A stretch of 50,149 nt of DNA from Lama guanicoe (Eukaryota), in the NCBI GenBank assembly GCA_013239625.1, contig MU054400.1, positions 1,657,146 through 1,707,294 of the forward strand, in the 5' to 3' direction. Each line of letters begins with the position of its first letter. The stretch's first letter is position 1. Both the position numbers and the translations under genes were made by a program. The notes under the pieces are model-generated. The model did no database searches. It was not told where the DNA came from and saw only the letters and a list, made by a program, of their open reading frames with translations. Shown here piece by piece: positions 37,141 through 49,538 of the stretch.

Positions 37141-38855
37141 TAATTTTTTTATTTGCATGTCTCATAATTTTTTTTGTCAAGATGTACATTTTAAATAATA
37201 TATTGTGAAAGTCTGGGGATTCAGAATTTCCCCCTCTTCAGAGTCTTTTGTTATTGCTTTTTGCTTATTTAGTGTCTCTTGAACTATGTTGTCTGTATTC
37301 TTTGTCATCTAGTGAAGTCTCTGCTTGCTCATGTTAGTCTCAGCTAGTGATTGGACAGAGATTTCTGTAAATGTTGTGAACCAATAAGTCTCCCAGTTTT
37401 TGCTGAATGTGGGTTTGTGTGTGTGTGTGCTTTGTGTGCTGGGGCATGGCTTTAACACTCAGCCAGGCAACTGACAGCTCTGCCGTAACTTTCACTTCTT
37501 GTTTCCCAGGAACCTCAGGTGAGAACTCAGAGCCTTCTCATCTCTCTAGGGCATGTGCACAGCCCCACATATGCTGTATGCTCCTGGCTTTCTAGATTCC
37601 TAGCAATATATCAGAGCTTTTCAAAGGTGACCTTTAAACAATTGGCTCTAAATATGTTGTATAGGTGTCCCTGGGGAAAAAGCTTTCCTAAGTCAGGGCA
37701 AGCTCTGAGTCAGGTCAGATCAAGACAACATTCCAAGTGTCTTCCAGGGACACACTGGATAGGTCAGATAATGACAGTTCTCTGATAGTGAGGCTTAGAA
37801 GGAGTGCCAACCCTGTTTTGCCCTCCTGTGGCTTTTAGGCTTGGAAAAGAATCCAAATCCATGGAAAAAAGCTTAAAAAGGAAAAGTAGAAAAAACAATA
37901 AAAAGTGCCCACAACCTTCTACACAGGAAAAACCAATGTTAGCTTTGGTGTTGTGCTTTTTTTCCCCTCAAAGTTGGAATAATGCTAAATTCTTCAATGT
38001 GGGGCAAAGGGATTGGGCATGAAGTTTCTCAGAGTGTTCTGCTTTATGGTTTCTCACTACAAAAATACACCCACCAGCCTTCATCCTAAGCTTTCTGCCT
38101 TCATCATCTGCCCATCCCTAACCTTCCTGGCAGCACTGGGCTCACATTTGGAGGACAGCCCGTGTTTCTTGGCTGCATGACTTCCCTCCTACTTTTTCAT
38201 GTCTCCGTGTTAGCTCCAAGCTTCCAATTCTGTTGATACACAGCCTTGCAGTTCTGTCTCTGATCAGTTGTTGCGTATCCCAGAGGCCGCTTGGTGTGGT
38301 CCATTGCTTTGGCTTGACAACAGTAAAAGTCAGTCCTCTTTTCAACTGCATTGGGTTTTGGCATCTCAACACAGCATGGCTATCAGATCTGTGGCCTCCA
38401 GCCCACATGTCCTGCCAGAGGATTAAGTTTCCAAAAGTTTGGCTTGTAATCTCCAGATCAGATTTAAACTGGGTGCAAACTGCTCTGTTCGCTGGAGTTC
38501 TCATAGTCTGCTCCTGCTCCTCCCTCAAAGGCAGACCTCCAATCTGGGCTAAATCCTTTTGCAGACATGCAATTCTAGCTTGAGGGAAAGGGTCTGTGTC
38601 CTTCCAGGGGAGAATCCCATAAATAGTGCCATAATCTGCTCCAAGGACAAGAGGAAGGTGTGTGCTCTTCTACCCTCTCAGACACTCCCTTCTCTATAAG
38701 CAAGACTGAGCTTCCTTTGATCTCTGCCTCTTTGCTGGACTAAAGTTTTCTTTTATTTGCAACTGAACTTCTAGAAAAATGACTTTCCCAGTTTTACCTG
38801 ACCAAATGTCTTTTGAAGAAGGATTACTTCCTGCTCATCATCAAAAGCCAACACT

Positions 38856-39023
38856 GAGGGAGGGTATAGCTCAAGTGGTAGAGTGCATGTTTAGCATGCA
38901 CAAGGTACTGGGTTCAATTCCCAGTACCTCCTGTAAACATAGATAAATAAACCTAATTACCTCCTCCCACAAAATAAATAAAAATTTTAAAAAATAATAA
39001 AAAATAAAAATAAAATTAGAAAA
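38856..39023 (+). mobile_element. Vic-1-like camelid SINE
   Basis: A and B boxes, 'cctaattacctcc' body and an A-rich tail. TSD aaaagccaac at 38843-38852 and 39024-39033. Confidence 0.92.
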
Positions 39024-39349
39024 AAAAGCCAACGTTGGGGGCATTCTTCTGCTCAGTATTTGAGAGCTGACTGCCCTCTGCTCTCACTTTTCATCATTAA
39101 TTACTCAGGCGACCATGAATATGAAACGAGTTATTCTCTCCAACCCCTGCTGCTGGGCCTGGGTTCTGCCATGGACTAAGGAAGATCCAGCTCCAAATAT
39201 TAGCCCTATCACTTCCTGCCTGTGTGAGCTTGGATGTGGTGGTTGAGTAATTTGTGAGTGTCAGTTTCTTTGTTGATAACACAAAACAGAATACCAGAAA
39301 GAAAAGAATTCGCACAAAGAGAGAAATCAGGAGATACGAGGGTCTCCCT

Positions 39350-40765
39350 AAAGGATGCAGCAGAGTAATTATCAACACATGTCCATGAGGAAACTACTTT
39401 ATAACCAGGAAAGAACCACTCAAAGAGACGAAGAGATACTGTCTGGCACTCACACAGGGCAGGGGATAGTGCCTGTTCCCATCAGCCGGACTGAAAACCT
39501 CGTAACTCATGGGATTTCAGTAAAACATACAGATTATTGCCTCAGAGATAGAGGATGATTAGTCCTATAACAAATTCTACTCCTCTCTCTCCTAACAAAT
39601 CTTAAAAACAAGACCCAAAAGATTCAAACTATTTCTAAGAAACCTGGATGCATCTTAGAAGAAGGCAAAAAAATTTCTGTAGGAATGAAGTAGTATCCAT
39701 CTCCAAAGTACAGTTCACAATGTCTGGCATTTGATTAAAGATTACCACTAAAAAAATGTATCATGAATACAAAGTAGCAGAAAAATATGGCCCAAACAAG
39801 AAAAATCAAAACAAACCCAGAACTGGCACTGGTGTTATAATTAGCAGTCAAGGACATTAAAGGTATTCTACCTGCTCAAAAGATTAAATAGAGATAATTA
39901 AAAAAAATCAAATTTCTGGAGATGAAAACTACATTGTATGAGATTATACACACACACACTTGGTTAAATTAACGTGTCAGACGTTGCAGAAGTAAAAATT
40001 AGTGAATTTAAAGATATAACAATAGAAACTATCCAAAATGAAGCACAAAGAGAAAAAAAGAATTTTAATAAAAGAGCACCAGTGCCTACTATACGTGTAA
40101 CTGGAGTCCCCCTCAAAAAAGGAAAGGGGAAGACAGGAAAAATGGACCTGAGAGCTAAGTGTTAAACACCAAACTAGAAAATATCTAGAAGAAAACATAT
40201 GTCCTTGGGTTGGGTGAAGATGCCTTTGATACAGTACCAGCAGTATGATCCATAGAAGAAAAAAAATCAGTGAAATGTGCTTCATCACAGTTTACAACTT
40301 CTGCTCTTCAGCAAATACTGTTCAGAAAACAAAAAGACAAACCACAGACTGGGAGAAAGTATTTCCAAAGTGTATATATGATAAAGTAATATGACCCAGA
40401 AGATATAAAGAACTCTCAAAACTCAATAATAAGAAAACAAGCATTAGTGAAAAATGGATGAAAGATCTACACACTCAACCAAAGAAGATGTATGAATGGT
40501 AATATCCTCAACATCACTAGTCATGAGGAAAATGAAAAATAAAATCACAGTGAGATACCACTAGACACTATTAGGATGACTAAAATTAAAAGAACTAATT
40601 ATACCAAGTGTTGTTGAGGATATGGAAGAATTGGAATGCTTATACACTGCTAACAGATGTAAAAGGACACAACCTCTTTTGAAAAAAAATTCAACAGTTT
40701 CTTAAAAAAATTAAACATATGTCTAATATATGATCTAGACATACATTCCTGTGTATTTACCCCAA
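39350..40765 (+). mobile_element. Old L1 (L1MC/L1M4-like 5'/ORF1 region joined to an ORF2 3' fragment)
   Basis: ORF1-like coiled-coil remnant (AEVKISEFKDITIETIQNEAQREKK) and an ORF2-like stretch 'acaaaccacagactgggagaaagtattt'. Confidence 0.7.
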
Positions 40766-40779
40766 AGCACCTCTACAGC

Positions 40780-41000
40780 AGTTGTTACATGTCCAGTACT
40801 TTTCTATGTGATTTGCAAATACTAACTCATTTAAGTCACAACAGCTCTGAGATAAGAGCTGTAAATAATGCCATTTTAAAGATGAGGGAATCAAGACAAA
40901 TTAAACGACCTGCCCAAGGCCACACCTAAAAACAACAGAATTTAGATTAGTGCCATGGCCATATACTCAGAGCCTGAGCACTTAATCATTATGTTATACT
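40780..41000 (-). mobile_element. MIR
   Basis: 'taactcatttaagtcacaacagctctgag...ccattttaaagatgagg...ctgcccaaggccacac'. Confidence 0.8.
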
Positions 41001-42019
41001 GACTCTGCTCCAGGTACACAGGGTACTTTAATCAGTGTCTTCCAGGGACCATGTTTACAGTTTGGCCTTTTGTCATTGTTACAAAAGCATGAAATAAAAA
41101 CAATAAAACACAAAACTATTTTAATGCAATATTTTCTGTGTATAATATATTCAATAATTATTAAAATATTAATACTTCATGTTTATTAAAAATAAAAGGA
41201 AAATTTTATTAGAATTATAGCTCTTAATGTTACAAGTGGAATTTTTCTTTATTCTTTATCCATTACAAGTTTTACTTATTACTAAAATGCAATTGAGTTC
41301 AGTATCAACCTGTTTTAAATTTTGGCAGAATTAAGTGCTGAGAAAACTTGCTGATAAGTAGATGGAAATGAAAAGACTTTTGGTTAGGGAAAAGCCATTC
41401 AATTCATTAGCTCCTTATAAAATGTTGTAAAAATAACAATAAACTATAAACAAATGTTATTTTTATAATGGCTTTGTTAAGATATAATTCACATACCATA
41501 AAATTTACTTATTTAAAGTATACAATTCAGTAGTTTTTAGTCTATTCAGTTATGCAACCATCATCACTACATGATTCTAGAACATTTTCATCACCCCAAA
41601 AAAGAAACGTGACCCATTTGCAGCCACTCCCCGTTCTCCCCTCCCCTAACCCCTAGAAACTAGCAATCTACTTTCTATGTCTATAGATTTGCCTGATCTG
41701 GACATTTCATATTAATGGAATCATGTATAACATGTGACCTTTTATTTCTGGTTTCTACACTTAGTATTTTTTCAAAGTCCATTCATGTTGTAACATATAT
41801 CAGTACTTCACTCATTTTTATGGAATGGATATACCATGCTTTATATATCTGATTTATGAGTAGATGGACATCTAGGTTGTTGCTTCTTGAATTATTACAA
41901 AAAATGTTGCTTTGAACATTTGTGTGCCAGTTTTTGTGTGAATATGTATCTTCTGTTCTTGTGGGTATATACCTGAGAAAGGAATTGCTGGCTCATATGG
42001 AAACCTTATGTTTAACTTT

Positions 42020-42375
42020 ATTTATTTATCTATTGTTTGTTTTAAATGGAAGTATAGTCAGTTGCAATGTGTCAGTTTCTGGTGTATAGCATAATGTCCC
42101 AGTCATGTATATATATACACATATATGTTCATTTTCATATTCTTTTTCATTAAAGGTTATTACAAGATATTGAATGTAGTTCCCTATGCTATACAAAAGA
42201 TATTTGTGTTTTTTTAATCTATTTATATATATAGTGGTTAATATTTGCAAATCTCAAACTCCCAATTTTATCCCTTCTCATCCCTTTTCCCTCAGTAACC
42301 ATAAGATTGTTTACTATGTTTTGGGAGTCTGTTTCTGTTCTGTAGATGAGTTCATTGGTGTCCTCTTTTTTTTTT
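42020..42375 (-). mobile_element. Short L1 3' UTR insertion
   Basis: Artiodactyl/camelid-type L1 3' UTR. TSD tttaacttt at 42011-42019 and 42376-42384. Confidence 0.8.
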
Positions 42376-42816
42376 TTTAACTTTTGAAGAACTGCTAAAT
42401 AATTTTCCAAAGTAGCCTCACAATTTCATGTTCCCACCAGCAATGTATGAGGGTTCCAATTTCTCTACATCTTCACCAACAGCTATTATGGTCTGTCTTT
42501 TCTATTATAGCCATTCTCTTGGGTATGAAATAGTATCTCATTGTGATTTTGATTTGCATTCCTTTAATGACTAATGATATTGAGTACCTTTTCATGTACT
42601 TACTGACCATTTGCATATTTTTTTTTTTAGAAAATGACTGTTGTGATCCTTTGCCCATGTAAAAAATTGGGTTTTTTAAAATTATTGAATTGTGAGTGTT
42701 CTTTGTGTGTTATGAATACAAATCTGTTACCAGATATATGATTTGCAGATATTTTCTTCCACTTACTGGGTTGTCTTTTCACTTTCTTGATTGTCCATTG
42801 AAGCACAAAAGTTTTT

Positions 42817-45086
42817 TGTTTTTGTTTTTTTTAATTTTCCCAACACTGAGCTTTATTGAGGTATGATTGACAAGTAAAAGTTGTATATATTTAAAATATA
42901 CAACTTGATATTTTGATATACATATACATTGTGAAATTATTACCACAGTCTAACTAATTAACATATCACCTCACATAGTTACCATTCTTCTGTGTGTGTG
43001 TGGTGAGAGCACTTGAGATCTACTCTTTTATCAAATTTCAAGTATATAATACATTTATTATTAACTGTAGTCACCATGCTGTACATTAGGTCTCCAGAAC
43101 TTACTCATCTTATAACTGAAAATCTGTACCCTCTGCTCAACATCTCCCCTTCCTCCTCCCCACCTCCACTCCACCCCACCCCGCCCCACCCCAGCCACAG
43201 CCCCATGTAAACACTTTTCTACTCTCTGTTACTATGAGTTGTTTTTTTTTTTTAAGATTCCTCACAGAAAGGAGATCATGCAGTACTTGTCTTTCTGTGT
43301 CTGGTTTATTTCACTTAGAATAATGTCTTCCAGCGTCACTCATGCTGTCAAAAATGACAGGATTTTCTTCTTTTTCAAGACTAAATAATATTCCATTATA
43401 TATGAGATATGTATATACATCTCACATTTTCTTTATTCCTTCAACTGTAGATAGACACTTAAGTTGTTTCCATATCTTGGCTATATGAATAATGCTGCAA
43501 TGAACGTGGGAATGGCAAATATATCTTGGAGATAGTGATTTTATTTCCCTTGAATATGTACCTTGAAGTGAATTGCTGAATCGTATGGTATTTCTATTTT
43601 TTATTTTTTGAGAACCCCCCATACTGTTTTTCATAATGGCTATACAGATACACATCGGCACAGAGTACAAGAGTTCCCTTTTCTCTACATCCTTACCAAT
43701 GTTTGTTATCTGTTGACTTTTTTTTTTTGGTAAACGATGTTTATTCTAGGAAGAGCAACTCATTGAGAGATAAAACCATTTTAAAATTTATATACATATA
43801 CTGTTCATTGTTTCTAACAACAGTTCAGACCTTTAGCTTTTTAAACTTACATAGTTATCAAAGGAATAAAGCCAATCACAAAATACTAATCAACAGAATG
43901 CAGTAACCCAATTATAAAGGACAGTCAAATGTGCTTACACATACTCAAGAAATCAATCTTCTAAGTTAAAAATAATAAGCAGTTCATTTGTGTCCTTTTT
44001 TTTTAAGATTCCACATGCAAGTGATATATGGCATTTTTCTTTCTCTTTCTCGCTTACTTCACTTAGAATAATAGTCTCTAGGTCCATCCATGTTGCTGCA
44101 AATGGCATTATTTTATTCTTTTTTAAGGCTGAGTAGTATTCCATTGTATAAATATACCACATCTTTATCCAGTCATCTGTTGATGGACATTTAGGTTGTT
44201 TCCATGTCTTGGCTATTGTAAATAGTGCTGTTATGAACATTGAGGGGTGCATGTGTCTTTTTGAATTATATTTCACTCGGGGTATATGCCAGGAGTGGGA
44301 CTGATGGATCATATGGTAACTCTATTTTTGTTTTTTTGAGGAACTTCCATACTGTCCTCCATAGTGGCAGCACCAATTTACATTCCCACTAACAGTGTAG
44401 GAGGGTTCCCTTTTCTCCACACCCTCTCCAGCATTTATCATTTGTAGACTTTTTAGTGATGGCCATTCTGACTGATGTGAGGTGATACATTGTTGTAGTT
44501 TTGATTTGCATTTCTCTAACAATTAGTGATGTTGAGCATCTTTTCATGTGCTTGTTGGCCATCTGTTTGTTGTCTTTGGAGAGATGTCTGTTTGGCTTTT
44601 CTGCCCACTTTTTGATTGGGTTGCTTGTATTTTTATACTAAGGTATATGAGCTGTTTGTGTATTTTGAAAATTAGTTCCTTGTCAGTCACATCATTTGCA
44701 AATATTTTCTCCTATTCTGTAGGTTGTCTTTTCATTTTGTTGATGGTATCCTTAGCTGTGCAAAAGCTCTTAAGTTTAATTAGATCCCATTTGTTTATTT
44801 TTCTCTTATTTCCAGTATTCCAGGAGCTGGTTCAGAAAATATACTGCCGTGATTTATGTACAAGAGTGTCCTATCTATGTTTTCCTCTAGGAGTTTTATA
44901 GTATCTGGTCTTACATTTAGGTCTTTATTCCATTTTGAGTTTATTTTTGTACATGGTGTTAGAGAATGTTCTAATTTCATCCTTTTACATGTAGCTGTCC
45001 AGTTTTCCCAGCACCACTTATGGAAGATACTGTCTTTTCTCCATTGTGTATCTTGCCTCCTTTGTCATAGATTAATTGACCGTAAG
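42817..45086 (-). mobile_element. Composite insertion: L1MA9-like 3' end, mRNA-like 3' end, younger L1 ORF2 3' part
   Basis: 17-bp TSD gaagcaca(a/c)aagttttt at 42800-42816 and 45087-45103. Confidence 0.75.
43718..43978 (-). pseudogene. Probable retrocopied 3' end of a cellular mRNA (3' UTR fragment with poly(A))
   Basis: Non-L1, AU-rich sequence with minus-strand AATAAA (43740-43745) 11 nt before A11 (43718-43728). The parent gene was not identified. Confidence 0.65.
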
Positions 45087-45971
45087 GAAGCACACAAGTT
45101 TTTAATTTCTCTATTACTATCTAATTTATCTAATTTTACTTTTGCCACTAGTGCTTCTGCTGTCATATATAAGAAACCCCCGTTGCCTAATCAGTGATAC
45201 ACTCCCTTGTTTCTTGTAAGAGTTTTATAGTTTTAGCTCTTGTACATCGGTCTTCAGTTCATCTTGAGTTAATTTTTACATATGGTGTAAGGTTATAGGT
45301 CTAAATCATTATTTTGTATAATAGATATTCAGTTGTTGAAAAGAGTATCCTTTTCAAAAGTGAATTATCTTGGCAGTCTTGTCAAAAATCAGTTGTCCAT
45401 AAAGGAATGAGTTTACTTCTGGACTCACAATTCTGTTCCGTGGATTTAGCCTTATGCCACTACCTCATTGTCTTGATTAATGTAGCTTTGTATTGTTTTG
45501 AAATCAAGAAATGTAAGTCCTGCAACTTTGTTCTTCTTTTTCAAGGTTGTTTAAGATATTTTGGGTCCCTTACATTTCCATATCAAATTTTAGGACCAGC
45601 TTGTCAATTTCTGCAAAACAGGCAGCTGGGATTTTGATGAGGATTGCCTTTAATCTGGAAATCAATTTAGGAAGTACTGTCATCTTAGTAATACTGAATT
45701 TTCTGGGATTACTTTTCAATTTTTTAGTGATTTTCAGCAGTATTTTGTTGTTTACCATGTATGAGACTTGCACTTCTTTTGTTACATTTATTGCTAGGTA
45801 TTTTATTTTTTCTAATGATATTACAAATGGAATTATTTTCTAAATTTCATTTTTTGATTATTCATAGTGTATAAAAATGCAATTGATTTTGTGTATTAAT
45901 CTTATATCCTTCAACTTTTCTGAACTCACTTACTATGTTTAATATGATTTTTGTGGATTCCTTAGGATTTT

Positions 45972-48249
45972 TTTTTATAGTTCCCTGTGCTATAAAGTAG
46001 GTCCTTGTTGTTTATTTTATATATGGTCATGTGTATTTGTTAATCCCAAACTTCTAAGTTATCCCTCCCCCTCCTTTCACCGTTGGTAACCATAAGTTAC
46101 ATATGTCTGTGAGTCTGTTTTGTGAATAAGTTCATTTGTATCATTGTTTTAGATTCCACATATAAGTGATATCATATATTTTTCTTTCTCTGACTTACTT
46201 CACTTAGTATGATAATCACAAGGTCCAACCATGTTGCTTGCAAATGGCATTATTTCATTCTTTTTTATGGCTGAGTGATTCTGTTGTGTGTATGTATGTA
46301 TGTATGTGTGTGTATATATATATGTATATATGTGTGTATATGTATGTATATGTGTGTGTGTGTGTACCATATCTTCTTTATCCATTCATCTGTTGATGGG
46401 CCCTTAGGTTGCTTACATGTCTTGGCTATTGTAAATAGTGCTGCTGTGAGCACAGGGGTTCATGTATCTTTTTAAATAAGAGTTTTCATCTTTTCCAGAT
46501 ACATGCCCAGAAGTGGGGTTGCTGGATCATATGATAACTCTATTTTTATATTTTTAAGGAACCTCCACACTGTTTTCCATAGTGGGTACACCAATTTACA
46601 TTCCTACCAACGGTGTAGGAGGGTTTTCCCCACACCCTCTCTAGCATTTATTATTTGTAGACTTTTTGATGATGGCCATTCTGACTGGTATGAGGTGATA
46701 CCTCATTGTAGTTTTGATTCGCATTACTGGAATAATTGGTGGTGAGCATGTTTTCATGTGCTTGTTTGCCATTTGTATGTCTTTGGAGAAATGTCTATTT
46801 AGGACTTCTCCCCATTTTCTGATTAGTTTGTTTGTTCCTTTAATATTGAGGTGTGTGAGTTGTTTGTATATTTTGAAAATTAATCCCTTGTCGGTTGCAT
46901 CATTTGCAAATATTTTTTCCCTGTCCATAGGTTGTCTTTTTGTTTTGTTTGTGCTTACCTTTCCTGTGCAAAAGCTTGTAAGTTTAATTAGGTCCCATTT
47001 GTTTATTTTTACTTTCGTTTCCATTGCTCTAGGAGATGGGTCCAAAAATTATTGCTGAGATTTATGTCAAAGAGTGTTCTGCCTATTTTTTCCTCTTGGA
47101 GTTTTATAGTGTCCAGGCTTACATTTAGGTCTTTATTCCATTTTGATTGTATTTTTGTCTATGGTGTTAGAGAATGTTCTAATTTCATTCTTTTACATGT
47201 AGCTGTTTGGTTTTCTCAGCACCACTTACTGAAGAGATTGACTTTTCTCCATTGTATGTTCTTGCCTCCTTTGTTTAAGATTAATTGACTGTAGGTGTGT
47301 TGGTTTATTTCTGGGCTCTCTGTTCTATTCCATTGACTCATAGGTCTGGTTTTGTGTGAATACCAAGCTGTTTTGATTACTGTAACTTTGTAGTACTTCA
47401 GTATTCTGAAGTCTGGGAAGTTACACCTCTAGCTTTGTTCTTTTTCCTCAGGATTGCTTTGGCAATTCTGGGTCTTTTGTGGTTCCATATAAACTTTAGG
47501 ATTATTTGTTTTAGTACTGTGAAAATGTCCTGGGTAATTTGATAGAGATCACAGTAAGTCTGTAGTTTGCTTTGAGTAGTACAGCCATTTAACAATATTA
47601 ATTCTTCCAATACAAGAGCATGGGACATTTCTCCATTTATTTGAATCATGTTCAGTTTTCTTTATCAATGTTTTATGGTTCTCAATGTATAAGTCTTTCA
47701 CCTCCTTGGTCAGGTTTATTCCTAAATATTTTATTTTTTGACATAAAAGGGTTTTTTAAAACTTTCTCTTTCCTTTCTGATATTTCATTGTTAGTATAAA
47801 ATGCAACAGATTTCTGTATGTTAATCTTGTATCCTGATACCTTGTTGAATTCATTTATAAGTTCTAATAGTTTTTGTGTGGAGTCTTTAGGGTTATGTAT
47901 ATAGAGTAGCATGTCATCTGGCTAGAATAAAATTTTACCTCTTCCCTTCCAATTTGATACCTTGTGTTTTCTTTTCTTTCTTCCTTTTTTTTTTTTTGCC
48001 TGATTGCTGTGGCTGGGGTCTCCACCATTATGTTGAATAGAAGTAGTGACAGTGGGCATTCTTGTCTTATTCCAGAATGTAGCAGGAACGCTTTCAGCTT
48101 TTCACCATTGAGTATTATGTTGGCTGTGGGTTTGTCATACATAGATTTTATTATGTTGAGGTGTATTCCTTCTGTATCCACTTCAGTGAGAGTTTTTATC
48201 ACGAATAGATGTTGAATTTTATCAAGTGCTTTTTCTGCATCTATTGAGA
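45972..48249 (-). mobile_element. L1 insertion, 5'-truncated and shortened in its 3' UTR
   Basis: TSD tcc(t/g)taggatttt at 45959-45971 and 48250-48262. Fragmented ORF2 peptides at 46200-48202. Confidence 0.85.
46285..46365. repeat. Compound (TG/TA/TATG)n microsatellite expanded inside an L1
   Basis: Read directly from the sequence. Confidence 0.9.
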
Positions 48250-49538
48250 TCCGTAGGATTTTGTATATAGAATATTGAATTGTGCAAATAAAGATAGTTT
48301 TAAATTTTCCGCTCCAGTCTGGATGGCTTTTATTTCTTTTTCTTTCCTAATAGCCCTGTCTAGGATTGCAGTAAAGAGTTAAGAGAGGTGGTGGTGTGAG
48401 AGACCTTCTTGTCTTGTTCCAGTCTTAGTGGGAAAACATTCAGTTTTTGCCCATTAAGTATGATGTTAGCTTAGGTTTTTCATAGTCTTCATCAGGTTGA
48501 GGGGGTTCTTTTCTATTCCTAGTTTATTACATGTTTTTGACTATGAAAGGGTGTTGGCTTTTTCAAATGCCTTCCTTATGTCTATTGAAATGAATGTGCA
48601 ATTTCTGTCCTTTATTCTACTAATATGATGTGTCACATTAATTGATTTTTATATGCTAAACAACTTTGCATTCCAGGGAAAAATCCCACTTGGTCATAGT
48701 GTATAATCTTTTACATATGTTGCTAGATTCAGTTTGCTTGTAAATTTTTTTGAGGACTTTCATTTGTAGTCTTAAGATACGTTGATCTGTTCCTTTCTGT
48801 CTTAATAATGTTTTTGTCTGATTTTGAAATCAGGGTGATTTTGACCTCAGGATGAATTGGGAAATGTTTCCTATTCTTCTGTTTTTTTAAGAGATTTTGT
48901 GAAGTATTGGTGTTTTTTATTCTTCAATGATTTGTTAGAACTCACCAGTGTAGCTATCAGATTCTGAGCTTTTCATTGTGGGAAAATCTTTTATTACTAA
49001 TTAAAATTTTTTTACTTATTAGAGATCTTTTGAGATTTTCTATTACTTTTTAAGTTAGTTTGGGTAGTGTGTGTCTTTCTTGAAATTTGTTTGTTTCATG
49101 TAGATGCCTAAATTGTTCATAGTATTCCCTTAGATCCCTTTTTATTTCTGTAAGTTCTATAGTGACATCCTCTAACACATTTCTGGTTTTAGTCATTTGA
49201 GTCTTCTTTTTTTATCTTGGTTAGTCTAACTGAAGGTTTATCAATTTTGGTTGACATTTTGGAAAAAACCAATTTTTGGTTACTTCCATTGTTTTTCTAC
49301 TCTATTACATTTATTTCTGTTCTAATCTTGATTATTCCCTCACTTCTGCCTATTTGGGGTTCAGTTTATTCTTTTATCTAGTTTCTTCTGGTGGGAGAAT
49401 GGTTATAGATTTTTTATCTTTTTTCTTTTTTTAATAAGGGTATTACAACTATAAATTTCCCTCTAAGCACTGTTTTAACTGTATTCCGTAAGTTTTGGTA
49501 TGTATATTTTCATTTTCATTTGTCTCAATGTAGTTTTC

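Larger units (their letters stand above)
20195..37850 (-). mobile_element. Long old L1 (L1MB-type 3' end, ORF2, ORF1/5' region) hosting nested insertions
   Basis: L1MB-like 3' UTR at about 20200 and decayed ORF2 peptides (21534-21842, 25482-25742). Host sequence resumes collinearly after each insert (24732, 32351, about 37140). The 5' boundary is approximate. Confidence 0.8.
41465..49538 (-). mobile_element. Second old L1MB-type host with nested insertions
   Basis: L1MB 3' end 'gatataattcacataccataaaatttac'. Host ORF2 resumes after the inserts at 42376, 45087 and 48250. Confidence 0.82.
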
